Shown here one piece after another: positions 39,018 to 52,827 of a stretch of DNA of 64,000 nucleotides. The DNA is taken from positions 182,094,001 to 182,158,000 of the forward strand of contig OX597815.1 of assembly GCA_951406725.2 (NCBI GenBank). Direction: 5' to 3'. A model generated the notes under the pieces. It did no database searches. It worked only from the letters and a program-made list of their open reading frames with translations, and was not told the DNA's origin. Position 1 is the first letter of the stretch; each line of letters begins with the position of its first letter. Both the position numbers and the translations under genes were made by a program. This stretch comes from Octopus vulgaris. Its lineage: Eukaryota.

Positions 39018-39411
39018 TCTCTGTCTATATAAAGCTGAAGTTGTCTGTGTATGGCAGGTTTGGTAGCCTTCAACTAACACTATCTCCTCCGAGAACCTGC
39101 GGTGCAAGTGGACCAAAATTGAGAGTATGATAGAAGATGGCTTGCTCTTCCTTCCCTAGAAGAAAACATTCAAATCAGACCATGTTAACACCATAAATTA
39201 TTTACATCAAAAAGGCGCTTTTTTTTTCTATGAAAATCCCTATTTTTTACGATTTTTTGACTGCTGTGTCGCCATATTTCAGTGTATTTCAACCAGAAAA
39301 ATGTTCACTTAAAGGGAATAACAAGCTACATGATGCGAAATTTTTACTGTTCAAAAATTCTACTTCTAAAGGATCGAAACAAACCTGAGCAACGCCAGGC
39401 GATACTGCTAG
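39018..39411 (+). mobile_element. Non-autonomous Helitron
   Basis: A|TC 5' end; 3' hairpin cctgagcaacgccagg then CTAG|T. The 3' end is shared with 52828-52860. Confidence 0.75.
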
Positions 39412-39636
39412 TAATTGATAAAAAGAAACAATAAAGCGATGAATTTAAGTCAACACAAATTAAAGGTGGCAAGTAATGTTTTCAAAAAAAAGTACACTCT
39501 TGGAGTGGTTGGTGTTAGGAAGGGTAACCAGCTGTAGAAACACTGCCAGATCAGACTGGAGCTTGGTGAGGCCTCCTGGCTTGTCAGTCCCCAGTCAAAC
39601 TGTCCAACCCATGCCAGCATGGAAAACGGATGTTAA

Positions 39637-39672
<36 letters not shown>

Positions 39673-40219
39673 TGCTAAAAATTAGAATACAGATTCCCTT
39701 TAAGGCACAGAAAAATCCAGCAGTTACTTCAGATGAAGGTAAAGGTAATGAGCCCCTTTGATCATGAATGACCATGGGATTTGCTCCTTGTAAGTTCCCC
39801 TCCAAGGCATAAGTCTGGGCAAAGTTGTTTATGGAATACCAGCAGTCGCCCATGCATACCAGCCTCCCTTCTCCATGCTACCAATGTTATCCAAGAGAAA
39901 GACAAAATCCAATACAGCTTGGCACCTATGATGAATTTACATAAGGAGTTAGGAAAGCTAAAATATAAGGTAACATAAATGCAGAACTTTTCGACAATCA
40001 TTTTGCTTATTTGTAAAATTTGCATACAACATATTGAAACCGTGAATTAGAGATTGTGAATAAGAATTTCAGACACCTCCTAAATCAGTTCCCCAGCATG
40101 ACCACAGCGTTAAAACTGAAACAACTTAAAGAGTTAAATAATCAGTTTAATTAGTCATCCAAGCAATGATTTGCTATATGTTTTACAAGCTCAAATTAAA
40201 CTGTTAATAAAAAAGACAT

Positions 40220-41165
40220 TTAGTGAGACACAGGCTGGTTTCCAAGAAGATAAAAATATTGTTTAATAGATTTATAACGTTAATATTTTTCCAGAAAAAA
40301 CTCAAAAGGCACACATTCAGAGCATTACTACGAGTTTGATAAACCCTTTGGTCATATGTGGAATCAGGCTTATAATTTTAAAATACATCATCTGACCAAT
40401 AGTTAATGCTTAAATATGTAAAATTCTTGACCCTGTTAAGAATTCATTAAATTACCGATTTAAATCTATAGTTTCAAGCAAGTATAGGCGATTTTTGGCA
40501 CTAAGCCTTCTCATAATGTTTTAGAATATATAACATCAGAAACTCTTGAGTCTTTTCAAAGAAAATGTTAATACAGAAGGTATAGAACTCGGTAAATTTA
40601 TAATATGTTGTTATACAACTGCAATAAGATATAAAATGAAAATAAGGAATGAAATTACCGAACAGTGATAAGTAGTAACAGCAGTATGTACAACTGAAAT
40701 GACAAGGAAAAGAATTAAAGCAACCATCAATATTTCGAAAGAAAAATAAGAGATGTGAGTTTAAAGAAAGAAGTGAAGTCTGGATTGCAGCATTAATGGT
40801 GGATTTGCAAAATTAGAATAAGGAAAAATATCATTGTAGCTACTATAAAGTCCATTATTGAAGAGCAATATCAATTTCAAATGTATTTCGTGGGCTTAAA
40901 TCGTGGATATTGAACATTGTGGGTGAAAATGATGATGACTTTTGGAATGAAATCACAGAGAGAGTTGCTTCTCATTCGAAATACAAAACATTGAACTATT
41001 GAGAATGTTAAGAAAGAAATTACTGGGAAGACAGACCTTTAATGGTAATTGTTCAAAAAGCAGAAAAAGGAGATGGTAAAATCATGTAAAATAACAGAGT
41101 GTCACCCTGCATCTAATGAATACGCTCATGCACAAACCAACGTTTGGTAAAAGAAGATTATAAAG
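40220..41165 (+). pseudogene. Decayed RTE-clade reverse transcriptase relic
   Basis: ETQAGFQEDKNIV*.IYNVNIF.EK...EFDKPFGHMW resembles EQAGFR..RST.EQIFNLRI..EK...DF.KAFDRVW. Confidence 0.6.
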
Positions 41166-41176
41166 ACCAGTAAAGG

Positions 41177-41991
41177 ATCATCATCGTCATCATCATCATC
41201 ATTTAACGTCCATTTTCCATGCTAGCATGGATTTGATGTTTCGACCAGAGTCTGGTAAGCCACGAAGGCTGCACCAGGCTCTAGTCTGATTTGGCAGTGT
41301 TTCTATGGCTGGATGCCCTTCCTAACGCCAACCACTCCGTGAGTGTAGTGGGTGTTTTTTACGTGCCACCGGCACAGGAGCCAGAGCAGGCTGGCAAACG
41401 GCCACAATTGGTTGGTGCTTTTACCTGTCACCGACACGGACGCCAGTCAGGCAGCGCTGACATCTGCCACGTTCGGACGGTGATAGTTACACAATATCAA
41501 GGAATAGACAAGAAGTGAATTGTGGGAAAAACGAGGTTGACTGATTGAATGAAAAAAATATCAATCGGAGTTGGAGCTGCATCTCTTGCTGTACATGGCT
41601 GGCCTCTGAGGGCTACAGATTTTCATTGTAAAAAGCACCTACCATTCGTGGCCGTTGCCAGCCTAACCTGGAACATGTGGCACGTAAAAAGCACCATCTG
41701 TACATGGCCGATGCCAGCGCCGCCTTGACTGGCTTCCATGCTGGTGGCACATAAAAAGCACCAACCGATCATGGCCATTGCCAGCCTCCCCTGGCATCTG
41801 TGCCGATGGCACGTAAAAAGCACCCACTACACTCACGGAGTGATTGGCGTTAGGAAGGGTATCCAGCTGTAGAAGCACTGCCTGATCAGACTGGAGCCTA
41901 GTGCCACTTCTATGGTTTCCCAGACTCCGGTCGAATTGTCCAATCCATGCTAGCATGGAAAATGGACGTTAAACAATGATGATGATGATGA
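41177..41991. mobile_element. Two family C copies in opposite orientation (41177-41482 minus; 41625-41991 plus)
   Basis: Consensus tails with (CAT)n / (GAT)n. Confidence 0.8.
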
Positions 41992-42909
41992 GGGGCATGA
42001 TACTGTCTTTTGCTTTTTGATTAAGAGGAACATGATACAGTTTTTTTTGCTTATACAATTGCATCGTCTGTGCTGTACCTAATGAACCAATTGCTAATGA
42101 GTTCAAACACTAATAAATTTATTTCATTCAACAAATTGAATATTCCATATTCATTATTAACAGCATTACATTTTTTTGGAAACTGTTGAGAACCAAAGCA
42201 TGGATTTCACAAATCAGCAACTTGGTAATTAGTTTTTAGTTGGAAAATTGCATTTATTTCAACTGTGATGGAAGCATTAGTTCCAGATAAATTGAAGCAG
42301 TTTCAAGATTATTTATTGTTTAGTTGCCAATTATCACAGAAAGTTCCTCTTGCCATATGTCAGGTTTGGTAGCAGCAAATCTGTTCAGTAAGAGAATAAT
42401 TATATAAAGGCATTCTAGAACTTTTCTATTAGTCGAATGATTAATCGAAGAATTTATGGTTTCAAATCTATCATAGAACTGGGTAATATACTACCTTCAA
42501 GCTAGGCTGCTTATAACATTTGTATCTAACATTGCTGTTGTCTGTTGTTATCTAATGATTGATAATGGGTAGAAATATATTGTAGTTATGATTTCTTAAT
42601 TGGTTATGAAACCGTGAATAAGAGATTGTGAATAAGAATTTTAGACACCTCCCAAAGAGCATTAATTTAATATATGAACACGATCTCACCAAGAAAGGAA
42701 ACTGGGCCGTGAGTTTCTTTCATTATAAATATATGAATTTAGCAATATTTCCTCTAAAAATAAATGAATTAAAATAATTAATTGCTATTCAAATGGACAC
42801 ACGTATTCAAGCACACACATGCACACATCACTCTGCTATACACATATATACACACTGGCTGTAGATTTCCATCAGCGATGTTTTGTTGACCAGTATTTGG
42901 TTTATAATA

Positions 42910-43512
42910 CTGGTTTCAAATTTTGGCACAAGGCCAGCAAGTTTACATCGATCCCAGTGCTCAACTGGTACTTATTTTATTGACCCCAAAACGATGAAAG
43001 GCAAAGTCAGCCTTGGTAGGATTTGAACCCAGATTGTAAGGTTGAAAGAAATGCTGCTAAGCATTTTGTCCAGTGTGTTAATGGTTCTGCCATCTTGCTA
43101 CCTTATAATATTCTTTTCTGCTCAGGGCACAAGGACTAAAATTTTGGGCGAGGGGGGCAGTCGATTAGATCGACTCCAGTATGCAACTGGTACTTAATTT
43201 ATCAACACCAAAGGATGAAAGGCAAAGTCGACCTTGGTAGAATTTGAACTCAGAACATAAATACAAATGAAATATCGCTAAGTATTTCACCCAGCGGGCT
43301 AACATTTCTGCCAGCTTGTTGCCTTAAAATATTCTTTTCAAGGCCCAAAATTTTTGGGGAGGGGGCCAGTCGATTAGATCGACCCCAGTATGCAGCTGGT
43401 ACTTAATTTATCAACCCTGTAAAGATGAAAGGCAAAGTCGACCTTGGTGGAATTTGAACTCAGGAAGTAGAGACAGATGAAATACCACTAAACATTTTGG
43501 CCAGCGTGCTAA
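42910..43512 (-). mobile_element. SINE family B cluster (three units)
   Basis: Repeated core gatgaaaggcaaagtc..ccttgg..gaatttgaac.cag. Confidence 0.85.
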
Positions 43513-43717
43513 TACAATATAATATCGCATCTAATATAGGTCAGTATTTTTCAACAGTGACAATTCCATTCTAGAAGGTACTGAAAATGTAATTGGTGGA
43601 TAATCTGATTTAAACTGGAGGGATAATCTGATTTAAGTGAGGCAAAAATGTATTAAAGCATCAATTAAAATTTAAATAGTTTTGAATTGCTCAATAATTT
43701 GTTACAATTTTCAGAGT

Positions 43718-44240
43718 ATCATCATCATCATCGTCATTATCGTTTAATTTCCACTTTCCATGCTGGTATGGGTTGGGCGGTTTGACTGAGGGCTGGCAGG
43801 CCAGAAGGCTGCACCAGGCTCCAATCTGATCTGGCAAAGTTTCTACAGCTGGATGTCCTTCCTAACACCAACCACTCCAAGAGTGTAAGTGGGTGCTTTT
43901 TATGTGCCACCGGCATGAGGGCCAGTCTGGCAACAGCCATGCTCGAATGGTACTTTTTACATGCCACCAGCATGGGACCAGTCAGTTGGCACAGGACCAG
44001 TCAGCCGGCACAGGACCAGTCAGCCGGCACTGGCATTGACCACTCTTGAATGGTGCTTTTTACATGCCACCAGCATGGGACCAGTCAGCCGGCACAGGAC
44101 CAGTAAGCTGGCACAGGACCAGTCAGCTGGCACTGGCATTGACCACTCTTGAATGGTGCTTTTTACATGCCACCAGCACAGGAGCCATTCAGGTGGCACT
44201 AGCTATGATCATGCTCAAATGGTGCTTTTAACGTGCCCCC
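43718..44240 (-). mobile_element. Family C copy with expanded internal tandem repeats
   Basis: Duplicated ~102-bp blocks built from ggcacaggaccagtcagc units. Confidence 0.85.
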
Positions 44241-45840
44241 ATATATATTATAATATTAAGAATGTGAAAGGGCACAGTGAGAAGCATGATGGGGCAGCCT
44301 AGTCTTTCAAAACATTCTAAAGTAGATTAATGATGGTTTCACATATAGTACTCAATAATTATCAAAATAGAGGCATAAATAAGTGTTTGCTAGTTTTTTA
44401 TGATGTTATTTCATATCACTGATTCCTTTTTAACATTCTTGCGTTTCGTAACTTTTTATTTGTCCCTTATATCGAGTATCAAAACAATGATTTTGCTAAC
44501 ATTTTCCTAATTATTTTAATTAATCATTTTTGTGCTTCTTAAGAAGAGAAGAGTTTCAAAGTTTCACTTTCTTATTTAATAAAATACATGAATAAATTAT
44601 GCTAAATCATGTAAATGTAAATTTTTAATGAAAATGTTGCTGAGCTTATTGTGTGGGAATTAAGTTTGGAGTTCCTACTGAGAATGAAACTAATCAAAAA
44701 TTAAATTCTTTGCTTCTGAAATTATGTTTTGGTCATTTCTTTTTATCTGCTTTTAGTGATTTATGACTATCAAACTAATACCTTTATTTCTCTTTATTAA
44801 AAATGTAAAGTCTAATGATTCACAGGATTGTGATGAATAACACCTTTTATAAGCAACATCCTGACAAACTTGGAAGTACAATTATTAGGCTTGCTGATCT
44901 TAGTTTGATGTTGCTGTTTGTGAACTGAGGCAGAAAGATAAAACCTGCAGTTTCAAGTCTGGAGGTTTTGTACACTAATTCCACAGCTGTTCTAATTTGC
45001 ATATCTAACACTTATTTAAAATTTCAGATATTTTAAAAGTACTTTATTATTGTCAATTCCTTACTATTGTCATTGTCATTATGTAATTTACAGAATTCAC
45101 TATCAAGAGGAGCAAAGAAAAGGTGATGCCAATTCCATGGTGAATATTCATTATATATTTTTATTGAAAGTTCTCCCAATCACCCCTCCCAAAAATGAAG
45201 CCTTAAAACATTCAAGACATCTTAATCATTGAAATAAGGAGCATCCAAATTAAGTTATAACAACTACTTTGTTTATTGCCAAAAAATGAAACCAATTTTG
45301 AGAAGCATCCTACATATACATTTTGTAAAAGTAGATACGAGATTAGAAGAAGCTAATGTTTCATCAGGCAAGATTGCAAGAATTATTGTAAAATGGCTGT
45401 TGTCATAGAGCTACTGAGAAGGTCATAAGATCTGTATCAGAAAGTGTTATTTCAAGTGTGATACATTATAACCCTCCAGATATTTTAAGAAAAATGCCAT
45501 TCAGCAATGAGACAACACAGAAACAAACAGATGAAATGTCTATGAATATTGAAGAGTAAGCAGTTGAAAGTTTAAGAAATGAAACTAATTTCCTGATTCA
45601 ACTTCAGGTGGCCACCATAACGAGCCATTTTCAGAGAGAGTGAACATTGTATTAATGAGATTTGCAAACTGACGGAAGATATATTATTAAAATACATACA
45701 AAGTAGCAGAACTGGGGAATATATTTTTGGTGCATTTTGTCTTTTTTATAGTGTTATCTACAATAGTCTTGACTCAACGTACGTTATTCCAAATGGCCTT
45801 TCTCTCTCTTCCTTTCCTGTTAAATGCACATGCTCTTATA

Positions 45841-46261
45841 TATTTCTTTACTGCCCACAAGGGGCTAAATATAGAGGGAACAAACAAGGACAGACAAATG
45901 GATTAAGTCGATTACATCGACTCCAGTGCGTAACTGGTACTTTGTTTATCGACCCCGAAATGATGAAAGGCAAAGTCGACCTCGGCGGAATTTGAACTCA
46001 GAACGTAACGGCAGACAAAATAAATACCTATTTCTTTACTATCCACAAGGGGCTAAACACAGAGAGGACAAACAAGAACAGGCAAATGAATTAAGTCGAT
46101 TATATCGAAACCAATGCGTAACTGGTACTTAAATTTATCGACCCCGAAAGGATGAAAGGCAAAGTCGACCTCGGCGGAATTTGAACTCAGAAAGTAACGG
46201 CAGACGAAATACGGCTATGCATTTCGCCCGGCGTGCTAACGTTTCTGCCATCTCGCCGCCT
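45841..46261 (-). mobile_element. SINE family B dimer
   Basis: 16-bp TSD tgcacatgctcttata at 45825-45840 / 46262-46277 flanks both units. Confidence 0.92.
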
Positions 46262-46577
46262 TGCACATGCTCTTATATCAATTAAGGGAAGTGTCTTCAA
46301 CCCTTGAACAATTTGCATAACAGTTACAAATCGCTATTATCAATTGAACAACGTATAATTTGCATAACAAAGGTCCTAACTATAAAAAATAAAATTTCAT
46401 ATGAAAATTTGATTTCAATAATAACTGATGGTGTTCTTCTCATTTGTTGTAAAGCAGAAAAGTACCATGGCATATTTGAAAAGAAAACCCTGGAGTCAAG
46501 GTAATATATTATCCTCTGTGCAAATATAAACATGCAACAAAAAAAAATTCATCCAATTTTTCCTTATTTAATAAGTA

Positions 46578-47163
46578 CATTTGAACGTTGGGCCTCACAG
46601 AGGCAATGACAAAAGACCGAGACCTCTGGAGGTATGCTGATACTGAGAAGACCCGGAAAATAAAGTGAGTCCACAGCTGTAACCTGCTCCAGTGTTGCAT
46701 AACCAGCCAACTCAGAAGTACCTTGGATCGTAGAGTGACATGCTGTGCTTGAGGAGACCTTTTGAGTCAAGTACATCAACATCAACATCAAAATCAAAAT
46801 AAAATCAAATGGAAATTGTCGTTGTGAGCCCCGTGCCAATAGCATGTAAAAAAGACCATCCGAATGTGGCCGATGCCAGTGCCGCTTTGATTGGCTTCCA
46901 TGCCGGGGGCATGTAAAAAGCACCAACCGATCGTGGTCGATTCCAGCTCCTCTGGCCCCTGTGTCAGTGACACGTAAAAAGCACCCACTACACTCTCGGA
47001 GTGGTTGGCGTTAGGAAGGGCATCCAGCTGTAGAAACACTGCCAGATCAGATTGGGGCCTGGTGCAGCCTCCTGGCTTCCGAAACCCCAGTCGAACTGTC
47101 TAACCCATGCCAGCATGGAAAACGGATGTTAAACGATGAGGATGATGATGATGATGATGATGA
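46578..47163 (+). mobile_element. RTE LINE 3' end (ORF C-terminus + family C UTR)
   Basis: TLGLTEAMTKDRDLWRY (DR..WR motif) followed by the family C sequence and (GAT)n. Confidence 0.75.
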
Positions 47164-48091
47164 TTAAAATTGTCAGTGAAATAGTCATACAGCAAATATA
47201 ATAATCTATTTTGTAAACATAATTATAAGCTTTCATTGCATTTTGACTATTGAAAATAGTTTAATATTGGGGCATATAAGCCATCGACAGAATACCCAAT
47301 TGGGCATTACATGTACTAATGGTCATTATTTTTTTTTACATCGATGGTTTGTATATCTCAATATTGGACTATTTCCTATAGTCAATATATGGTGAAAGCT
47401 TATAAGCTTAAGATTATAATTATATTTACTAAGTTTTCACTCATCACCATTTGTTAACTTACACAGAATATACAAAAAACAACTAATTAGAAAGTTTCCT
47501 TTTGATTGCTTTATATTTGGAAATAAGATGGACCTTCAAAGGAAATTGTATAGTGAGATTTATATGCCACTTTGAGGCTGTAGCTAACTTTCTAGAAAGT
47601 TAAGACGATCGAAATATTACTGAAGAAGCAAGAAAAGGAAAATAAAATTTATTATCTAGATTGGATATTTTGAAAGCTTAATAAGGTAACTCTGGAAATT
47701 AAAGGAGAATTTATTACATTATAAAATTTATTACGTTATAAAATTTATTTAATTATAAAACAAGGTTTCTAACATTTACTGAAACATTAAAAAATCATTT
47801 TCGGAAATTTACTTTTAAAGATATTTCACAACATACTTGAGCTGGCAGAAATGTGTTCTTCATATATCAAAGTGGATCACCAGACATTTTCTGACACTCA
47901 TTATCACTAAAAGCGACATGAATAAAAGCTTGCCTGATTTCGTGTCCTTTGAATCAAACTCATGGATGATAAATTCATTTAATTGTGGCATCGGTTCAAG
48001 TCTAGAAAAAATTCAAGAAGAATTAATTGAATAATGGTACAATAATAACTCAAAATCCCCAGAGGGTAGAAACAACTGAATTCTGAACGTT

Positions 48092-48249
48092 AGGATTGGC
48101 TGTGTGGTAAGTAGCTTGCTTACAAATCACATGGTTCCGGGTTCAGTCCCACTGCATGCCACCTTGGGCAAGTGTCTTCTACTATAGCCTCGGGCTAACC
48201 AAAGTCTTGTGACTGGATTTGGTAGACAGAAACTGAAAGGAGCCCGTCG

Positions 48250-48322
<73 letters not shown>

Positions 48323-48525
48323 GTTTGTGTGTCTATGTTTTGTCCCCTCCCCAACATCGCTTGACAACCGATGCTGGTGTGTTTACGTCCCTGTAAATTA
48401 GCGGTTTGGCAAAAGAGACCGATAGAATAAGTACTAGGCTTCCAAAGAATAAGTCCTGGGGGTCGATTTCCTCGACTAAAGGCGGTGCTCCAGCATGGCT
48501 TCAGTCAAATGACTGCAAGCAAAAT
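48092..48525 (+). mobile_element. SINE family A
   Basis: Consensus match; an inverted partial copy lies at ~48796-49040. Confidence 0.9.
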
Positions 48526-48527
48526 AG

Positions 48528-48560
<33 letters not shown>

Positions 48561-48647
48561 GTGTGTGTGTGTGTGTGTGTTGAATAAAATGAGACAATAA
48601 AGCCAAAGCTGAAGGGAATTTTCAGGACATTTATAAAGAGAAAGTTA

Positions 48648-48695
48648 GTCTTACAACTGTTTCTGGGATATTAAGGATATCCCTTCATCAGAGAC
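48648..48695 (-). ncRNA. Minimal type I hammerhead ribozyme
   Basis: Minus strand GTCT-CTGATGA-A-GGGATAT(cctta)ATATCCC-A-GAAA-CAGTTG-TA-AGAC: 7-bp stem II, near-palindromic ACAGTTGT stem III, GUA triplet. Confidence 0.85.
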
Positions 48696-49399
48696 AATGT
48701 GTGATGGTTAAATGGAGGGGAAAAGCAGAGTTCAATATAAAGAGTTATTATGGAAAAGGAAGCAAACAAGGAGTATATAGGGAAATAGAAGAAATATTCT
48801 TTTATTCTTTTACTTGTTTCAGTTATTTGACCGTGGTCATGCAGGAGCACCGCCTTTAGTTGAACAAATTGACCCCAGGACTTGTTATTTGTAAGCCCAG
48901 TACTTATTCCATCGGTCTCTTTTGCCAAACCGCTAAGTTATGGAGGACGTAGACACACCAACATCGGTTGTCAAGCGATCGTGGAGGGGACAAACATAGA
49001 CACACACACATGCCACAAATATACACACATATATATATATATGGTACTGCAGCTATAACATCTTATACCTACTATTTTTATCTCTTCCCAGCTCCATCTA
49101 ATCCCTTTCACCCTCTCTTCGAAAATGTAAGTTGACATGTACCTCATCCCCAACAAGAAAACTGTTCTAATCTCTCATCTGTTAACCCCACATCTCAAGC
49201 AAAGCTTCCCCCTCGGTGTCTTGCAACCTACCTGGCAACTTCAACAGTGTTGGTGGGGTAGAGAGGAAGCATGAAATACATGCTGTAAAGGGACTGGCAT
49301 TAGGAAGGGCATCCAGCTATAAGACCATTCCAAAGTAGACACCTGAGCCCGAAGCCCTTCTTGGGTCCACTGGGTCGAAACGTTTAACCTATGCCAGCA

Positions 49400-49818
49400 T
49401 GATAAGGACAACGATGACGACGACAATGAACTTGATGACAACGACAAAGTCGATGACGACGATGTCAATGATGATGATGATGGTGATGGTGGTGGTGATG
49501 ATGATGATAATGATGATGATGATGACGACGACGACGATGATGATGATGACGACGACGACGACGACGATGATGATGATGATGACGACGACGACGATGATGA
49601 TGATGATGACGATGATGATGATGATGATTATGACGATGATGATGATGATGATAATAATTATGACGATGATGATGATGATGATGATGATGATAATGACGAT
49701 GATGATGACGATTATGATGATGAACACGACGACGACGACGACGATGATGATGACAACGATGATGATGATAATGATGACGACGATGATGATGATGATGACG
49801 ACGACGACGATGATGATA

Positions 49819-49867
<49 letters not shown>

Positions 49868-49870
49868 CGA
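49400..49870. repeat. (GAT/GAC)n microsatellite
   Basis: Seen directly. Confidence 0.95.
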
Positions 49871-49879
49871 CTCCATTTC

Positions 49880-50043
49880 AGTTACATTGTAGCTTTCACT
49901 GCAACCGAGATACCGATGATATGACTTTCATTAAAAGACTGCTTCAAGCGAAAGGCAGGAAGTCACATCAGAGTCAATTCAATGGGTTTGTAGATGCGGC
50001 AAAGATTTTTGGTTTTGTAAGACTGGAGAATCAAAGAAACTGA
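49880..50043 (+). pseudogene. RTE-type RT fragment
   Basis: HCSFHCNRDTDDMTFIKRLLQAKGRKSHQSQFNGFVDAAKIFGFVR parallels QCGFR..RGT.DMIF..RQLQEKCRE....L...FVDL.KAFD.V. Confidence 0.65.
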
Positions 50044-50077
50044 ACACATTTGTTGATGACAGGCATTGCTATCAAAA

Positions 50078-50309
50078 TGCGGCGAGCTGGCAGAATCGTT
50101 AGCACGTCGGGCGAAATGCGTAGCTGTATTTCGTCTGCCGTTACGTTCTTAGTTCAAATTCCGCCGACATCGACTTTGCCTTTCATCCTTTCGGGGTCGA
50201 TAAATTAAGTACCAGTTATGCACTGGGGTCGATATAATCGACTTAAACCATTTGTCTGTCCTTGTTTGTCCTCTCTGTGTTTAGCCCCTTGTGGGTAGTA
50301 AAGAAATAG
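50078..50309 (+). mobile_element. SINE family B monomer
   Basis: Full head to tail, flanked by an imperfect ggcattgct.tcaaa duplication. Confidence 0.9.
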
Positions 50310-51669
50310 GCATTGCTCTCAAATGAAGGTGAATATGGCATAATCATATTCTCTAAATAACTTGCTTTAAGTTTGACCTTAACTTTTTTTTAACCAAAAA
50401 CCGAAAAAAAAAAAAATTCTAATAAAAACAGTAAATTCATATTTTTATGTCTTCAAAAATATTTAATTGTTTACAGTGTTATTTAAAAACAAATGTATAT
50501 TTAATGAAATTTATATATTTAAGAAACATATTCAGCTCCACAGCATGATGAATCGAATATCATCTCGTATAAAATTCAATTATATAAATTTAAGCTCATA
50601 TGCTTATTTTTGTGTTTGCTTGTGTCACTTGTAATGAATTATTCAAGAAATAATACTAACTCTATAAAGCTGGCTATAATCCCACCGAATGATTGATGAG
50701 CGAAAAATATAACTTCCCACAGTACCATTCTGTTAAATTTTGTTTCCAGTGAGCAATATTAATCCAAACAATTTATATGGCTGCAGTAAAAATGAAGAGA
50801 ATGTTTTTAAAAGTAATACATTAGAGACCATTTTACCGAGTGACCATTATCATAATTTCACTCAGCCAAGTTGGCAAAATGCCAGATAATGGATCAAAGT
50901 ATTAATTTCCAATTGAAACGAAAAGCACTATGTCTGTGACAAGTTTACTTAACTTTCGATGGAGCAGTTTTACTTTGCTGAAAATGAAAACTGTAAAGAG
51001 ATGTGTTCCGCTGTATACTTGGATAATGTCTTAATGCCTTCAGGTACTGATAACTCGTCTTTCCATCTACAAAACCTAGAATTGACTGGTATATTTTATC
51101 TTGATATAGTAGAAATGGTTTACATTATTTACATTTCACGGATATTTGTCCTCATATTGTTTGTAGTCACTTTTTAAATTATCATTCAAAAGTTCATTTT
51201 GAAAGAAAGTGAGCTTTTAGTTGTATGTAGACAGCATAGTGAAGAAGTTGGATAAACAAATATCTGTACCACCATACTGAAATCCCGAGGAAGGCTGAAA
51301 CTGTATGAAATCAAGCTAACAGTGTGAGTCCCCGCATTCGGAAACCCGCAATCATTGGACAATTCAATGGAAATTTTTGCTCGATCTTTGATGCAATGAA
51401 AGAATAAAATTTGAGTAGAAAATACGAACAGTAAAAGACGAGTAAACGAAGTGCATTCAAAAGATATCCAACTTTATTTTTTCCCGCCAAAACTAATGTC
51501 ACGTGGGCAAACTCAAATGGGTGGAACGTAACGCCACTCTTCTTGCAAATACGCGAAAATTTTGACACCGGTAGGTCGCGTCAGTTCCCGTCTCTTACGC
51601 CTAGAGTACAGACGTGAAGTGGGTACTCTTCGGATTTGTGTTTTCACGCACGATGACCGAATGCATCGA

Positions 51670-52140
51670 ACAGAGACTATAAACCCATGTCTCCTTACCA
51701 GTGCTAATGGTCTTCGTGAAGTCTGACGCGTGGTTTGCACAGCCCAGCAATGTCCTGAGAAATTTTCCCGCGGAATCCCCTGATCCTGTGATTTTTCCAA
51801 CTTCATGAGCAATTTCCTGGATTGTTACATGACGGTTTCTATGACTATTTTCTAAACCTTCTCAATCGACTCCTCGTTCCGGCTCCTATATGGCTTGCCT
51901 GAGCGTGCCTCACTCTCCACTGAGGTAGGTGCAGTCATGTTTGAAGCGGCTGTGCAACTCCTTGATTTGAGCTTTTCTCATAACACCATCGCCAAAAGCC
52001 TACTGAGTCTTCTGGATGGTTTGAGCTTGAGTCACCCTAAGATTTTTAGCAAACTTGCTGCAATGTCTGTCTCAACGCGTTCGGTGAAAACGAAATCCAA
52101 CGAGCGTGAAAGGTAAGTCTGTACTCTAGACGTAACAGCC
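51670..52140 (-). pseudogene. Decayed mariner transposase N-terminal half (related to 37835-38350)
   Basis: Minus fragments TQAQTIQKTQ*AFGDGVMRKAQIKELHSRFK, RSGKP.RSRNEESIEKV, NRHVTIQEIAHEVG and ISTGKETWVYS. Confidence 0.8.
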
Positions 52141-52794
52141 GGGAATTGTCGCCGTCTACCGGCGCGAAATGTTTTAATCATGCGCAGGAAGGGTAGTGTC
52201 ACCTCCCACCCTTAAAAATGTCCCACGTGTAATTAATTTTGAAGGGAAAATATAAAGTCAAATACTTTTTTAATTTACTTTGTAACTCGATAATTTGGTT
52301 GGATGTACTGAAATATTTCGAATAAATATTTTCTGCAGTGAAATTCGATGTATTATAACGAAATTTGAATAGATTTGGATCCAAAAAAAAAAACAAAAAA
52401 AAACTGTATTTAATAAAAATGGCATTGTTGTATATTTTACGAAATCTTTGATCAAAAGATTCTTTTCCAAAGACTAGAACAGGTTAGTGGTACATTGATA
52501 TTTTTTCTGTTAAAATGGAGTATTTCCGTCACACCAGAAATAAAGGAAGCTTGTTGTTTATCTATCCATTATCTGATTGGTGTGAAATTTCTGAATGCTA
52601 CGGCAATGGTTGTCATAAATTTTGAACTGTCTCAGTTGGTTTTCAGACTCGAAGATGATCGGCTGAAATGTTTGTCTTCCTGTCTACTTCAGTCTGTTGT
52701 CCACGCACCACTAACCTCTTCACTTTGAAAACGATCTTTTGATAGAAAATTCAGGAAATCAATCAATAAAGCAGTAAACTCTCAGTCTACACAT

Positions 52795-52827
<33 letters not shown>

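Larger units (their letters stand above)
45200..48075 (+). pseudogene. Decayed hAT (Charlie/Buster-like) transposase relic, interrupted by SINEs
   Basis: Fragments in the expected order: KMPFSNETTQKQTDEMSMNIEE..FLIQL (~45490-45600), ISYENLISIITDG (~46395), LYLEIRWTFKGNCIVRF (~47510), SWMINSF...IQEELIE (~47960-48030). Confidence 0.7.

Noticed and set aside
52644-52678. Possible hammerhead relic (agac-tcgaagatg...gaaatgtt-tgtct)
   Set aside because: Core and stem II are too degenerate.
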